Source: Nymphaea colorata (lineage: Eukaryota). Taken from it: a stretch of DNA of 64,000 bases. Shown here one piece after another: positions 26,527-42,200 of this stretch. The notes under the pieces are model-generated. The model was not told the origin of the DNA and did not search any database. It was given only the letters and a program-made list of their open reading frames with translations. Numbering within the stretch: the first letter of the stretch is position 1; every line of letters begins with the position of its first letter. The stretch covers positions 13,516,001 to 13,580,000 of the forward strand of contig NC_045138.2 of the NCBI RefSeq assembly GCF_008831285.2. The letters are read 5' to 3'. The position numbers and the translations under genes are program-made.

Positions 26527-26528
<2 letters not shown>

Positions 26529-26581
<53 letters not shown>
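26529..26581. repeat. (GA)n microsatellite
   Basis: Directly visible. Confidence 0.97.
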
Positions 26582-26584
<3 letters not shown>

Positions 26585-27263
26585 GGGGAGGGAGAGGTGT
26601 CAAAACCACTGAATAACACTCCCCCTCCCAACTCTCAACACCATCAGAGAGGATAGGGGAATCGAACAAGAGACGTAACAATACGTGCCTCCTGCCTGAG
26701 TACTTACGCTACACCCACTTTTTGAGAAGGGATGATGCAGGAGCTATCTTTTAGGATACATTTCTACGACAGTTATAGCACCATCAATTATTGTGTTCGC
26801 GTTTTGATATATTTTCACCTCTAGAAAAACCAACGGAAAGGCAAATGATGACGAGGAAACTGTTTCGTTTATAATACATTTCTCACAACAGCTCGTAACA
26901 GATGGTATGACGGGCATAAGCAGTTCAGGTCAATAAACCTTGCACCAAAACTAAAAGAGATTTCTATAAATAAAAATTTGCAAAGAAAGCAAGTTCCTTT
27001 TCTGTGTATCCACCCTCACCACTTGATTATATAAAGGGGACTTGCCGGCGTTCGGCTCCTGACTGCACAGAGAATGTGCAGACCTGCAAGAGAACCATAC
27101 AAATATTATGGGATTGCACAGAATACGTTTTCTTCTTCTTTTCAATTTTCTTTGGTTCGCATGTTGCGTGTGACACAGAATTAAAAAGAAGCAGAGTGCA
27201 ACCTGACGTGGAGAGTGCCCCTTGCAAAGCTATTAGTGTTCAATCATGTGGACATCCGATATT

Positions 27264-30200
27264 TCAGTCCTCGGATAGAGCATAGACAACCGCTGTTCTA
27301 CAAGGGATGTAGACCAACATGGAGTGAGGGCGGTCATCAAACCAACCATCCTACAGAAAAAACGTGATGAGCCTAGTCCACGCATCATCTTAAATATTGG
27401 TCTGAAAATTTTCAAAGACAAAATCTACTTAGTCTGAACTCATTCCAGAGTCATTTCTTACTGTTGTAAAGTAACGTGCATTGAGATCTATCCTGTCAAA
27501 ACCACCAAACAGCTTGTCATCTGAATCCAAGACCACCTGAAACAATTGTTCCAATAAAAAAAAAAGAGTGAATACACGGACCTGCAGAAACTATACACAA
27601 GAATATTACTTCGAGGACAGCTACAAACTACACTCATTTAGGTTGTTGATGTGTCTCGTAACTCATGTCATGTGTGATAGAAGGCCAATTGTATTTAAGG
27701 TCACTCAGAATTTTCCTTTCTACGGACTAAACTGAGCAGGTGTTAGGATGCTTTGTCAAGGATGGTATCATGAGTTCCGGCTCAATTTTTTCAATATTAG
27801 GCATGCAACTTTGTTGAGCTTGGTTATCTTTTAAACATTCGCTGAGCCTTATTCAATTAAGTCATCCATCCAATCAGATTCAGTAAGATGTGAAAAATAA
27901 CTCATTCTCCAAAGGATCAGGGTGCGATTTGGCAGACTATATGCAACTGCATGTCAGATCAGAATTATGATGAACGAAAGGAACATCGTTTTCCTGCCAT
28001 ATCCAACTCAATGGCTCATGTTTGCAATTCAACCTGAATCTGACAATTTTGCATGCCCAGGTACCACAGCCAAGTTTTTAACAAAGGAGACGTTAGCTAC
28101 AACCCCATATGACTAAACAATCCAACTAGTCTACAACCTCAAGGGAAAAGTATTAAGTTATTAACAACATTTGGACTAAAAGTGGACAAGAATTTGGCAC
28201 GTCCCAGAGAATGGGTAGGAAAAAGAAGATCCATGTCTTGTTGTCTAATCGTACAAAACACAACTCATGTCTAGCTATTAGTAATGATGTGAACCTTGGT
28301 GTGTTCCTCCAGCCTAACAGTTATTTTAGTCCAGTTTTATCTTGGAATATTTTCTTTGATACACTAAGGACTAAACTAATACTAGAGCCCTCATGCAAAT
28401 GGATAAAGTGATAAAGAGCAACAAAAAGTGCTGCAACAAATAACTAACACAAAAAATAAATACCTTATACTTTCCAGGCTTTAAGCAACCGACCCTATAA
28501 TCTGTGAAGCTTTTGCTCCAGTGGAAATTAAAAGCAAATACAAGATTCCCTCTTTCAAACACAATCACTTTGTCGCCTTCATTCTTTCTTGAGACATATT
28601 GATGCTCTGAAGTCATAAACTGTAAAAGGATCATGAGAGAAATTAAAAGATGTTCACGATGAACAGTAATGGCAAAGCACATTTGGAGCATCGAAATTAA
28701 TCGCTCACGTGCCCCCAACTAGTTAACAAACATGGAATGACAATTTAAAAAATTGAAGTGCAGCGCCACAACACTTTTGGACTTTGGTTCTTAAGTATGG
28801 GCATCATCGCCAGGACTTTATTGATAACGATCTAGCTTATGCAACACACTATTGAATGAAGATCCTTTGTGCAGTAAGAAATATCCCAAAGAATGCAAAG
28901 TTGAAATGGAATAGTAAGACAATAATATTTTTTTCTCATCTCTATGAGTGTCATCAAATAATCCAAATAATCATAAAATAATCTCATAAAGACATTAATA
29001 ATCAAAAGGCCAAAAGAGGGAAAGGATAACATACTTGATCAAACAAGAAAACACACATTTTACGAGGTTTTAGAAAATAAGAAACAAGATTGGACTTGGT
29101 CAAAGATGAATGAGTCAAGCATTGTCAATAACAGAAGTAATATGCATTCACTACAGCTGATAAGACTTTGACTGTGTATATGAAGATTGAAGGCATTAAG
29201 ACTTGTATCTCAAGACTGAAGAAAGCCAAACCCAGAAAGAAGAGACTATGCATGTCAAGACTGAAGTCATTAAAACCTTTTCTCTTTCTACTCTAATTTT
29301 ATGGTGACTGGAACGGGCACCATCTCAAGTTAAGAGAACCAAAGGTAAATTCACGGTAAACAAAATGCGTACACCATATTCTTCTTCAAGATGCTGCATT
29401 GCTTGATCAAATTCTTGCATGCCATGGTATCTAAGGTAATCCGCATCCCCCTGACATCCAAACATTGGTCAACTACAAAAGTTAGAAACTTCATAAAATC
29501 ATGCAAGTATTCACCGATTAACGTGAAATTTCTCAGGGAAGTACTATTTAGATGGTGAGATAATCCAAGGTATCCTGTATTTAAAGAATATCGCCACAAG
29601 CATGCAAAGGTTTCCAAAATTTAAGCAATCACACTTTGCAGCAAGCTGGTTTTTCAGGTAGTGTCATCCAATGAAATGCCCAAAATATGAAAAAAATAGG
29701 ATGACAGGCATTGAAAAGTAACAAAAACAGCCAATGCACACATTGCATGCAAGCTCCAAAACCAACGTAAGATTAAGGCTCATGTGTCGCCAAAAAAAGA
29801 TCCCTTATGCACTGCAAAAGACAAACATAAACTCCCATCCTTATGCTAATGGATACTAGATATTAGTTAAATACAGAAAATATTCTTTATACATCTTAAA
29901 CTCACCAGATCAAATCTTCGTCTACACTTATCAAAGCTGTTATTGTTCCCAGGAATTATACGACCATCAGGAAGACGTTGCTCATCCCTTGGGAAGTCTA
30001 TCCATTCTGCAGCATGAACAGTTGTGGATCCTCACTTTGTAAGTGGCATTTAGTATAGGGTTCTTCGATGGAAAGAGATTACCTGGATGTCCAAACTCAT
30101 TTCCCATGAAGTTGAGATATCCTTCCCCACCCAAACCCATTGTTATGAGTCTAATCATTTTGTGCAGGGCTATCCCACGGTCTACCAAAGGAGTTGATGG

Positions 30201-33200
30201 TCTATCTAGGGCCATGAAATCATACATATCCTGCAAAAATTATAATCAAATACATAAAAATATGCAGGCTATTATTAAACAACTCACTCCTCCATGGGAA
30301 AGATTGCAGCAAATCAGTAAGATCCACATCAAGTCAGGGTTTGTCAAGTTATATGCCAAAGACAAAGAAACATAAATGCTGCAAAAATCGCATCACAAAA
30401 GATTTTTTTTTGGAGTCAGAACCTTCTAACCTACATATATTAACCTAATGTGCAGTTATGCTCAGAACAACACGTGTGCTATATAGATTGGACAGCCACT
30501 GGAGATTAAGGCTTTTAATTCCCATGTGCCATCACTAAGGAAACGAAAAAGATAATCAAGTTGGTTCATTGATTTTGAGCCACCAATATCAATCTTAAAC
30601 CTTCCATCAAATGATCAAGAGTGTAACAATCTTTTCGATACTAAGTTGATAGAAAGACAGAAAGAGATGTCAGGAGAAGATTATGACATCAGTGACTATC
30701 TTTTAATTGGCAAGCTTCGGGATGCAAAAAACATGCGACATTGTCCAATGACAGCTTCATAAAAACACAGTGAGAAACAGAAAGACAAACAAATACAGCG
30801 AATGCACCTTGTCCATCAGCCAAAACGCAATAGTCTTGTCACCAACAAGTGCTTGATCGTGACTCTCTGCATATGCAACACATTTCTCCAGCCATCTTCG
30901 ATTTGAAAGTGTGTGAACAATGTCACCCATTAACCACTCCTCATCCTTTTTCCTATACCAGGAAATGGTAGCATGAAATGTTAAGTTTCCACATCAACCA
31001 CACAAAAATTTAAATATAAAGAACAAATAAATGATGAAGAAACACAGACAATAAGTCTCCCGGCACTAGAACTACAAAGTTGGAGCCTATTCATCAATAG
31101 AAGTAAAAAAGAAATAAAGAGTTTCGCTGCAGATTAAAAGATACATAAGAGCTGGTAGCATTATATTGATGAGAGAAGTAATTCTGTGCGCCCATTACAC
31201 AATTGGAGTTCATTTCACGCGATCTAGCCAGTGAATATAGGTTACTACCATAGCAGTTGACTTTATTAACAACCTAACAACAAAGGCACCAATTCTTTGG
31301 GTTCCAAACTACCAATCTTTACCCATCTTTTTCACCTTGAGGTACATGGAGAAACCGCAACAAAGGCATCAAAATTGAATTGAAGATTCTCTATACCTAG
31401 AAAAGATCCAAATGTCTAACAGTTTGCATCAAGAGGCTATTGCCAACTTGAGGTTGATCAATACAATTAGTTTGTATGTAATTTATTTGTCCATATTCTC
31501 CTTAGTTTTTTCCAACAAATATGAAAGATATACCAAAATCAAAGTAACAACACTGACTTTGAGAGGAGCTCAATCCATTTATCTGCAATAGCCATGTGAA
31601 GGCGATAGTCAAACCCAACCCCTCCATCCTTCACAGGAATGCAAAATGTTGGCATCCCACTAACCTGCAAATTGAGACAAAAAGAAAATATGTAAGAAAA
31701 TACAAGCCGTAAGATATGATAAATAAAGTCTTCTACATATCTATTTTGAAAAAAAAGGCAAGAACCATATCCATGACAGAAGCCTTAGCATAGAAAAAGT
31801 AGATGAAATGGATTACTAAGCAGTAATATTAACTTATTTTTTCCCTTCCCTGTTACTTGCTATAAAGACTAGCACGACAATTGCATCTGATGACTTGTTC
31901 ATAGATTCACAATATACATCAAGTACATCAACTTTTTGGTGCATTGCAGTTCTTAGAGAGACCTGTCTAAACTCTAATGCTATAATCCCATAACAAATTT
32001 ATGAAGGTGCATGACAAAGTGGGTATAGCACCAAGCTAGTCTACATATTCACATGCTAACTAGCTAATCAATACGGAAAGGAAAAGACATGGTAACATTG
32101 GAAAGTACTGCTCTTACATCTTCACCAACAGAAACTGCTTCAGGAAAGAGACCATGTATAAGGTCATTAGCAAGCATCAAATAAACCACAGCATCTACAT
32201 CAGTTGCAAATCCAAAGTACTCATTATAATTTCCCGTAAATGCCACCTGATAAAAAATTCACCATGCTCATAATTAGAAGCAGAATATAGAGACTATACA
32301 AATAATGCTACCAATGATGTCAAACCAAAATAAATGCTGATATGGGTTTGGGTATGGGTACGGAGATGCAGGAACAAACACGGCAACTATAGAAAACGTT
32401 GGCATGAGAACACAGCAGGGTGTATATATTTATATATGCAAAATAATACAAAAAGTTAAAAATGAAAACAACATTTAAATAAACAAAATATATAAAGAAA
32501 AATAGTATATTTAAATGAAAAATAACTCACAAAAACAGATGTAAACTGTGTTAGAAACAAGCTAGATCAAGTAAATAAGAGGTTTGGATCGGTTTTGATC
32601 CAAAAAGTATCTAGGTGTGTCTAAATACCAGCTTTGTCGTGTCGGTAAGGAACCCTACAGAAGTACTCATGTGACTTAGACTAACAATGAGCCAACCAAA
32701 CTGTTAAATAGCAAGAAACAGTTGAATTTCCAATGCCCACCTGCAATCTTTCTTAGCCAAAAAAAGAAAAGGCAAGAGAGGCAGAGAGAAGTGAAATATA
32801 AGAGAGGCCATAATTAGGGTTGTAAAAGGCCAGATCTGGTTTAAAGTTTTTTTGTTTTTCTATTGTACCAAGTCTCGATTCATCCCAACCTCTGATATAT
32901 ATTCTGTCCCATATCCAGCCCATTTAAAATCCTAGCTATAATGGAGAGACCACCATATTGATTAATTAGCCAAAAGAACACCTATACATTGAACCAATAC
33001 AAGAAAAATAATTTTCAAAATCAAATTCAAGACAAACGGTTAAATAAAATGTATAGGAAGAAAAAACAAACAAGAGAAGTTCCCAACATCGACTACCTGC
33101 AAACCATGGTGAGTATACATCATTGAGGTGACACCATCAAATCTAAAACCATCAAATCTGTATTCCTCCAGCCACCATCTCACGTTAGAGAGCAGAAACC

Positions 33201-36200
33201 TCAATACCTAAAGTTGAACACAAGTCAAACAAAATATGACCTGAAAAAGAAGAGAAAATGGAAAAAAGAGGAGAGTTGAGCTCAGGTTGGAACTCAGTAG
33301 GTGTTACCTCCCAATTTCCATAGTTAAAGAGGCGAGAGTCCCACATCCAATGATAACCTCGTGGACCAGTGTGGAAATAGTGTGAATCTGTACCATCAAA
33401 CATGTTCAAGCCATCCAGCACGTTGTTTGAAGCATGGCTGTATATGATCACACCTATAATTAAGACTTAAACCACCTAAGAAGATATTTATTAAAATACA
33501 GATTTTTCATGCACAATGTCTTTTTTCATATACATAAATGGAAAGTTTATGTATTGAGACATTCATGGATCTGAACCTTGGACATATTAAAGTTTACTGT
33601 CAAGAAGATTTTAGACAAAGCAAAAGAATCCGATGCAAGGAAAAGAAAGAGTGCAGACAAGGAAATGAAAAGTATTTTCTCCAGCACCATAAAAGAATTA
33701 CATCAAGCAATAGTCCCACCAACGGGAAGAACTTGAGCCTCCACCACCACTAAGTCAGGCACCGTTCCAAGCAAAGCAGAAAAGTCCTCTTAATGTCATT
33801 ACCATACATATTGCAACATTACCCGAGGGGAAAAAGTGTCAACTTGAAATTCTGATGCAGGAGCAAAAAGTCGGAAAAAAAAAAGAGCCAAAAATATGTT
33901 TCTTTCTCAAACCTTACAAAATACAGATTTGATTTGGATGAAATAAATAGCCAATAAATGGAGACAACTCCATTGCTTTAAATTGATAGATGCTGCTTTG
34001 ACAGCTATATGATCCCAACAAATTAGGGTTAAACAGTTCCTTGCAAAAAATAAACAAATAAATCTAATGGCAAACTAAACATAATTCATTAGATAGGACA
34101 CTATACTGACTCCCTTTCTTAGATTTGATTGCCAAAAATATTTCATAAACTGCTCAGCCACAAATACTACGGAAACTGATAGCAACTTAAATATTATTTT
34201 ATGATGATGCACCGACTAGCAGAGGTGGAACAAAAAAATTTATGTAGAAGTGCCCAGTCAGCTTTTGAAAAATTTTCAACCCCTGGAGGACGTAACTCAT
34301 TTTTCAAGAACTTTTATACTACAATTCTCTGAGTATGGCATCAAGGGAAAGAAAATTTTGTCTCTTAGGCATAAAATTGTTTGGATGTTTATATAGAACA
34401 TGACAAGGTTGGCCCTCTGTACCAGAAGATTATAACTCTTTGAAAAGTTTCAATAAGTCCTTACAGCAGCAGAAAATACTCAAAGAAGAGTCAACCACTC
34501 AGGTAAAATCAGCTGCACTTGTGCTGGAAATTTAAACGTAGATAGTGAGCTTAGGGAAAATCCAGAAATATAAATTAGTAAACAATCATAAATAAAACAA
34601 GGATTTTGCAACAACTATTATTTCCTCTCTCAGCTCATCCATTATGAACCATACTTGAAAACAAAGCATGCTCAAATTCTGAGGCTTCATAAACCCGAAA
34701 CTCTACTCCTGAGTCCTGAATCATAAGTTCTCAAGTAGACCAGGCCACTGTAGAAAAACAATACACCAATCCTCTGAGGATCTTCATTTAAGCATTGGAA
34801 TATGCAGGAGTTCAAACATTTCAGTATCTTAAGTAACAGAGCAAGTATTTCTGTTGAATGCGTTGGATTTCGTCAAATACCTAAAAAGACTGGACAAATA
34901 GAATTCCAGGTGTTAGATCAAGGGCTTCATTGATATGGGACTCTATTGGCTTAATAAAAAGTTATATAATATTTCCTATGTGAATTTCTGCAGTAAGGTA
35001 TTAAACGATTTTTTGTGTTATGTGTCCCAGATATGTTGAAGCCATAAAAAAATTGCACCAAGGCATTCAACTTTTCTCACATAATGCAAGAAACTTTATC
35101 AAAGAATTTATGTGTTTCATATATTTCACATCTGACCTGTGTACTATATCCATAAGAACAAGCAACCCCAGTTCATGAGCCTTATCAATAAGTGATTTAA
35201 GATCATCAGGGGTGCCACAACGACTGCTTACTGCAAAAAAATTTGTTACATGATACCTGCATTAAAAAAATAGCATTAGCTTTTACCTACATATTTTCAA
35301 TTTTTGAGGGAAAAACAACAAAGCAGCTAACACAATGAGAATGACGAACTACCCCTATGTACATATGCATACAGTTATATTCACTAATACTAGCATATGA
35401 TGCAAACATTCACAGAAGTGACTTGGACAGACTCCAATTGCTAAAGAACTAAACACCAAAGAAACAGCATTCCCTTCAAACAGGTCTAGAGCAAGGCTAT
35501 CTTGATGTTCTAATGGAAACATCAGCTGAACTACTGTTTTATTAAATGCAAATGCAGCCAAGGTAATGTAAAATGGAGTAAATGAATTTGTGGACAAACA
35601 TGTTTAACATTAAATAAAAAGTTGCAGAAACGGCTTCAGTGCTTAAAGGGTAAAAATATGTACTAACTCGTGATCTCCACTAACCAACTCCCTAGAGAAT
35701 CAGGACCCTTGAACATATTCCGAGTAAGAAGACATACCCAAAGCTCGCATAGTATGAGTGCTCTTGAATAGCCATAAGTTGAACAGCATTATATCCCAGC
35801 TTTTTGATCCGTGGGAGCACTTCATCTCTGAAGTTAGCATATGTGTTTATCTTAGGTTCCTGAAATTCAAAACCAAAATTGCTAGAACGATTTCAAACAT
35901 ACAACATAGTAATGAACAAGGAATTAGAAAAGGCAACCATCAAATATCAGGTGATCAGAAGCAAACAAAATTGATTGCACTCACGAAATACCAGTAATGT
36001 AACGCTCCACTATAACAAGCTTAGTTTCGTACCTAAGATTGTGAGAAATCTTGTGAGGACTTGTAAAGGGGATTGCTATTAGAAGTTTAGTCATGTATCT
36101 AGAATTGTGAGGAATCTTGTGGGACTTACATTAAGGGCCCAGCTAAGTGGTTAAGTATCTTGGTTCTCATTCCTTTTAGGGGAAGAACCGAAGCTGCTAA

Positions 36201-39200
36201 GAGGCAGGTTGTAATCTACCAGACCAGAAGCCCAAGCTTGGTGTGGGAGTGGACTGAGTGGTTATAAGTAACATACACATCTAACACATGCCACTTTATG
36301 TAAAGTTTTATGCAGTTCAAGTCAAATACAAAAATAAACCATATATGCTTATTTCATCATAAGCCTAATAAACAATTCCAACAACAAATATTGCAGAATT
36401 CAAAATACTTCCAGCTTAAAATATATGAACCTACTTTGTATCATAATGTCATAACATGCCACTCAGTTACCAAAATAATATATTGATAAGAATAACATAA
36501 AGCAGTTCTGCAAGCATATTAAGTAAAAAGATGCAGCACCCAATGGTGAAGGCAAAAAGTTTATTAGTGGCTGCAGTTTCCTTGAAGCCACTTTTTCTGG
36601 GTTGGCTTTTTTTATTAAATTAGGAAGAAAACGAAAGTTCCTTAACCCCACTAAGATGTATCCATGTGATAAACCTGTGTTGCAGCAGCATCCAGCATAA
36701 TCAACATAAAATAAAGACAAAATCAAAAAGCTTGAATTTGACAAGATGAATCCTTTCCTTAGACTTCTCGCTAAACATTAGTGGTACCAGCAGACCAAGA
36801 ATTGCTCCCAATTAAGTGCTTAAGCAGGTAGCAGCTACAATTTCTCAGTTAAATTGGAAGATTTACCATATACTATTTATATTATAGCCTATTGTTTCAT
36901 TTGTGTGACCATTGTTCTAAACCTTCACCTGCAAACCTTTAACCATACAAGCAAAGGTTCCTAGGGACCATTACATCACCAAGTTGTAAAACCTACATAA
37001 TTATCTGCAAGTTTCAATAAGATTCCCAAGAGCAGGACAAAGCTTTTGTTATTTTATAAGAACAAATCAAGAGGGTTGTTAGAGGCATCAAAAGCAATGC
37101 AGCTAGAAGTTGTACCTACCGGACTACTCATCCCAACATGTGCTTCATATATCCTCAATGATTTAGGTGCTTTTGGCTGGGGATGCTTGAATTCAAATTT
37201 TTCCTAGAAGAAAAATCAAAGATTCAAAATTAATGTAAAAGCTCGGGAAAACTTGGAAGTTTTGTTTATTAAATAGCATACCTCAGGAAGTGGATCATAA
37301 TATATGCCATTATACGGGATTTCCCCAGGGGCTTGCACAGAGAACTTAATCCAAGCAGGAATTGAATCTTTGATGCCAGATGGAGTTTCCATGTGGATCT
37401 GCACTTTTTCAAAAAGTAAATAAAGACAATTCCATTAGACCAAATGCATCTGAAGCAAAATTCCTCAAAAAGACTAACAGCTTCAAATAATAGAACTTTG
37501 GTTACTAAAACATTTTGAATCCTCAGCAACAAAGATGGACTATTAAGTATATTAATAAGAAATAAATTAATAATGTACTGGCTTCTTCCAATAAAAACAA
37601 ATGAAAACCTCAAGTAGTCCGTCTGACATTTAAAATACAAATCACCATACATTGAGTTGCTAAATTTCCTGTAAGAATGCGCAGATACTTTTAACTAAAG
37701 CTTCACATATATTGGTCAAATGTTGGAAAATGAATTTTCAATTTCTCCTGCAATTCTGCCTACTATAATTATAATCCTCAACTGATAATCTCCAGCATTG
37801 ATGCAAACCATTGATTTGAATAGACAAATATTGCATGCTTTGAGGACTAGGCACAAAAGAGTAGATCAACCTCCTGCAAAGTCTAACAAGAAGCTCATCA
37901 ACAAGAAGCCTTTTCAAATGTTATATACCTAAAAAACAATCAAATGTTATTTACCTAAAAAACAAACAAGACCTCAAGTGCAGGGGCGGAGGAAAGGTGA
38001 GGCTGACAGTAGCCAGGGCCCCCCCCCCCCAAAAAAAAAAAAACATCTGGCTTCACCTCTGCCCGAGTGGGCAGGCATTTGGTATATTCCATATATAAAA
38101 AATGCCAACAAAAGTAAGCAATGCAAAAAGGTTATCAAGTAAAGAACTATCTTCTTACATTCCAATACCATAACTGCTGGGATTGGTTTCAGAACAGAAT
38201 CTCCTTGTGAAATTGAATTCCAAAATAATCTATCATGCCTACCTTCACACGTGATCCATGAGGGATTGGTGGTGAGCCATCAGCATTATTTGGCAAGAAA
38301 ATTTCCCAAACACCAAACTCATTCTGCAGTCAGATGAATACCGGACTATAAGAAACTGAAGATCAAGCTAAAATGACTGAACAGAAAGAAAGAAAACAAA
38401 ATTATCATCTTCTCATTTGAACTGTACTGTCTTTTTCTATCATGTAACTGTCATTGGTAATGATAAGATACCACTAGTAATTCAAAAACTTCTTTCCCAT
38501 AAGCAAATAAGTAACCCATTTATTTTTAACTAACATAAAACAAATGGAATAGGAATAGTGGACCCAGAAGCCGGTAAGGAACCATTAAAAGTAGATTCTG
38601 TTCCATGCAGATCACCTAGATTGACAGCTTTCCTCAAGGAACAGAACAAGTTTTGGCAAGATTGGAAGACCTATAGAATGTAATTCTTGCAGAAAAGGTT
38701 GAACACGGGTACTGTTAAAGCCATCTACAGACATAATAGAAAAAAAATAAAACAAAACAAAACTGATATATCAAACTCCGATAACATGACTTACCCGTGC
38801 CATGATATCTGCATTGGGATTCCAATTGTTGAAATCGCCAACAAGAGAAGCTGACTGTAAATAGCATGTAAATAGAGACAAGTGGTTCAGAAGCAGGATT
38901 CATCAAATAACCACAACAGTAAAATAGCAATAAGATTGCAAAGATAAAAAGAAACATTGCAAAAACACAGAAGAAAAATATGCAACTTGTGACCATAAGT
39001 AACAAACATAAAATTAATTAGACAGCTATATTACTGCAAGTGAAAACTAGGTAGCTTATGCATACATGCCACATTCTGAAATCTGAACTACAAGAACCTT
39101 CTTCCATCCATGACAACGGCTATCAATGCAAATATATCAGCGGATATGCACCAGTTAAAATCATGGGAAACTGCTCATTGGTGATAAGCAATTCCTTATT

Positions 39201-42200
39201 GGACAGCCTTAAAGCTTATAACAATGTCATAAACAATATACAGTAGATATCCTCAAGAAGCTTCCAGTCTAAGTCATATGGACTTGCCAAAACAGTCGCC
39301 ACACCTGAGTCATCGCTGCATGTGCAGCAGCTGACAATTTGATTTCATTTTTGTGGAATCATTGTTACTGATAGTTTGTTAATCATTCATTTGTCACTTG
39401 TGGGCGATTTTGTACATATACACATACACAAACTTGCCGCAACCCCACCTATGTTTTTGAACAATGTTGCACCTGCAATTCGTACCTGTGTGACATATCT
39501 TCTGAACAGAAATATTCACCAGCTTGAGATTACAAACACATTCCCAGTGTCTTTGATAGGAAACTATTAAAAAAAAGAAACCTACCACGAGAGTAGAAAA
39601 CATTTAAAGTTAACTTAAAGAGAGCTTGCAAGTTAAATCATTCAACATAGTGTAAAAGCATTAACTTTTTGTTTCAAAGTTCAGAGAAGATGAAGCTAAG
39701 CTTGTATATCCATTCAACAAAGTTGCACGTCTAACCAAGTTTTCCCAGGTGTAAATTAGAATATATAGCTTTTATCAGATATGTATACCCCTTATTACTC
39801 ATGGCAAACTTCAAAATTTAGCAAAATATGGTTACATTCAGTTAATTATTAACAGACACAGAGCTTTAGCCTCCCACTCAAGATTGTTAATGAAAATGAG
39901 TTCAGCAACTGCAAAGACCAAAAAGAACAACTTCTCTACCATGTAACTGTTCTTGCAAGCAGAAGATCTTTATCACAGAACACCAAGATCTAGAAAATGA
40001 ACATAATGACAAGGTATGTCACAGGAGGTGCAAGTACTAGTTCGCCTAGCCAGCCTAACCGCCCTTGTGTCCCAGATTGTGTCCGGATCAAATCCAGGAA
40101 ATGGTCCCTTTTGTTTTAAAATGGCTTTTGGTTCCCAACTTCTTGAATCTAAAAGGGCCTTAGTTTACAATTCTCTCTTTGTTCTTCTCCTATCTCAAAC
40201 ACTGATGCCCACCTGCGCCAATCTCCAGCAATCAGCAGCAACCTTCTGGCATGGTTGTTTTTTATTTTTCCCTTTTTCTTTATCTTTTTCACTTTTATGC
40301 TCAATATAAGATCTTTTACTGCCCCAACTAAAACTTTTTCACTTTTATGCTCAATATAAGATCTTTTACTGCCCCAACTAAAAGTTTTCTCTTCAATAGA
40401 AAAACTTAATACATTGTTTCTTTTCTTCTCTTTCATATCTATCATTGCTTTTTATAAGTTTTACACTTACGGCTTAGTATTTCTTATTTTTCTTTTTTTG
40501 AGGGAAAATTTATGGGTATGCAGCCCAATCATTGTGTGATGAGTGATCAATGCAGAGGAATGTTCATGTGCTTACACAAATGCGTCACAAACACAAACTT
40601 AGCATTTATAATTTATGGACATGTAATAGAGCCTTTCTCTCTCTCATGGGCATGCACACTCCTCGACCCCTAACCCTCCCCCTCACCACATTAAAAAAAT
40701 AAAAATAAAAGAATAAAATAAAATAAAATAAAGAAAACCATTTTCAAAAAAGCTATGTATATACACACACACACACACACGCACTGTCTGAAAAACATAA
40801 ATGAGGCATGAAAAAGCTTGTTGATGCACTGGGCTCTTTACTGAACAACTTTTTGAGGTGATAGAAAGAGGGAGGTTAGAGAATCACCTTTGCTCCAGGA
40901 GCCCATTCTCGATACGTTATTCCATCAGCACTGTAAAATCAAGAAAAAATTTGGAAAAATGAAAAGGCATCTTATATGAGACAAATTATAATAAATTGCA
41001 CATATTATGATGAAAATTTGCATCATACATATAGTGGAGAAGAGGTTCTAAAGAATACCATTGGAACATAAAAAGTAAATATGTTATGGTAAAATTTAGA
41101 TGAGATAACAGGTCTCTGATGGGTAAGAAAATAAGAAACAATAGGACCATCAAAAGCTGGTCAAATGAGATGTCATAGGCAAGCACACAAAATAATTTTA
41201 GAGAAAAATAACTGGAAGAGAAAGCCCAACTAGAAAGCAGATAACCAATGTCTAGGACAAGAACGGGTTGCAAACTTTTCATTTCACATCGCTTTTACAA
41301 CAGCTCAACATCACTTTTCATCCACATGTTTCTCTGTAACCTAATAAATTACAAAAACTGACCAAAAAAAGTTTAGAAGCTTCAAATTTTTGCTGCAACT
41401 AAAACTGTGATAAATGTGAATGCATTCGTTATATTAACTATAAGATTTTAAGAAAAAGCATCCCACATAAAAAAATTCAAAACATAAGAGGTTCATATCT
41501 ATACAGCTTGGGAAATGTTTCAACACAAAAATACTAGAATACACTTTCCACATTGTCAGTCAACTAATGGTTATAGAATACAGATACTGAAAGCCTGTGA
41601 ACAAAGCAATAACTATTGAACAGTTATATTTTAAGGTTTCCTGCAAAACAAAAAAGGAACCCAAATCTGTTTAAGGAATTCAAACAGCTCACATTTAAGT
41701 TCAACCTAGTAAAGGTTTTAAGCTGTCATTGGATGGGAATTTCAAACACAATTATCAGATCACTTTGAATAAGTAGGAAATCATGATTACTACAAATAGG
41801 AAGCGGAATGCATCAGGAATCCCAATTCCCAAATATAAGCAAGTTCCAATCATTTGCATCTTGATTCCCATGTAATTCCACTTTAAACTGGTCTTGGCAA
41901 TTACTTATCCCTTGGTATATTTTTTCTTAAAGCGTTGCTTGCTTGTATAAATCTACCAAATGTTAACAAGTGAGCAAATCACTTTCTGCGAAGTTCCCTG
42001 AACAGCTCCCTGTTTCCACTTCCTGAATCATCCAAAAATTTTGAAATGACCACTTTCTGGTTCTCATTCCCATAGTGTCCCCAGTTCTTGCTCCTGCATT
42101 AGCAACCATTCACCACACCAAACCGTTGGCTGGATCTGATTATCACAGATTCGATTCAATCATTGTTAATCCTTGTCTAATTTAGCTCTTACTACTTGGT

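Noticed and set aside
30575..30590. miR171-like sequence TTGAGCCACCAATATC in an SBE2 intron
   Set aside because: It has an internal deletion relative to miR171 and no star arm is evident.
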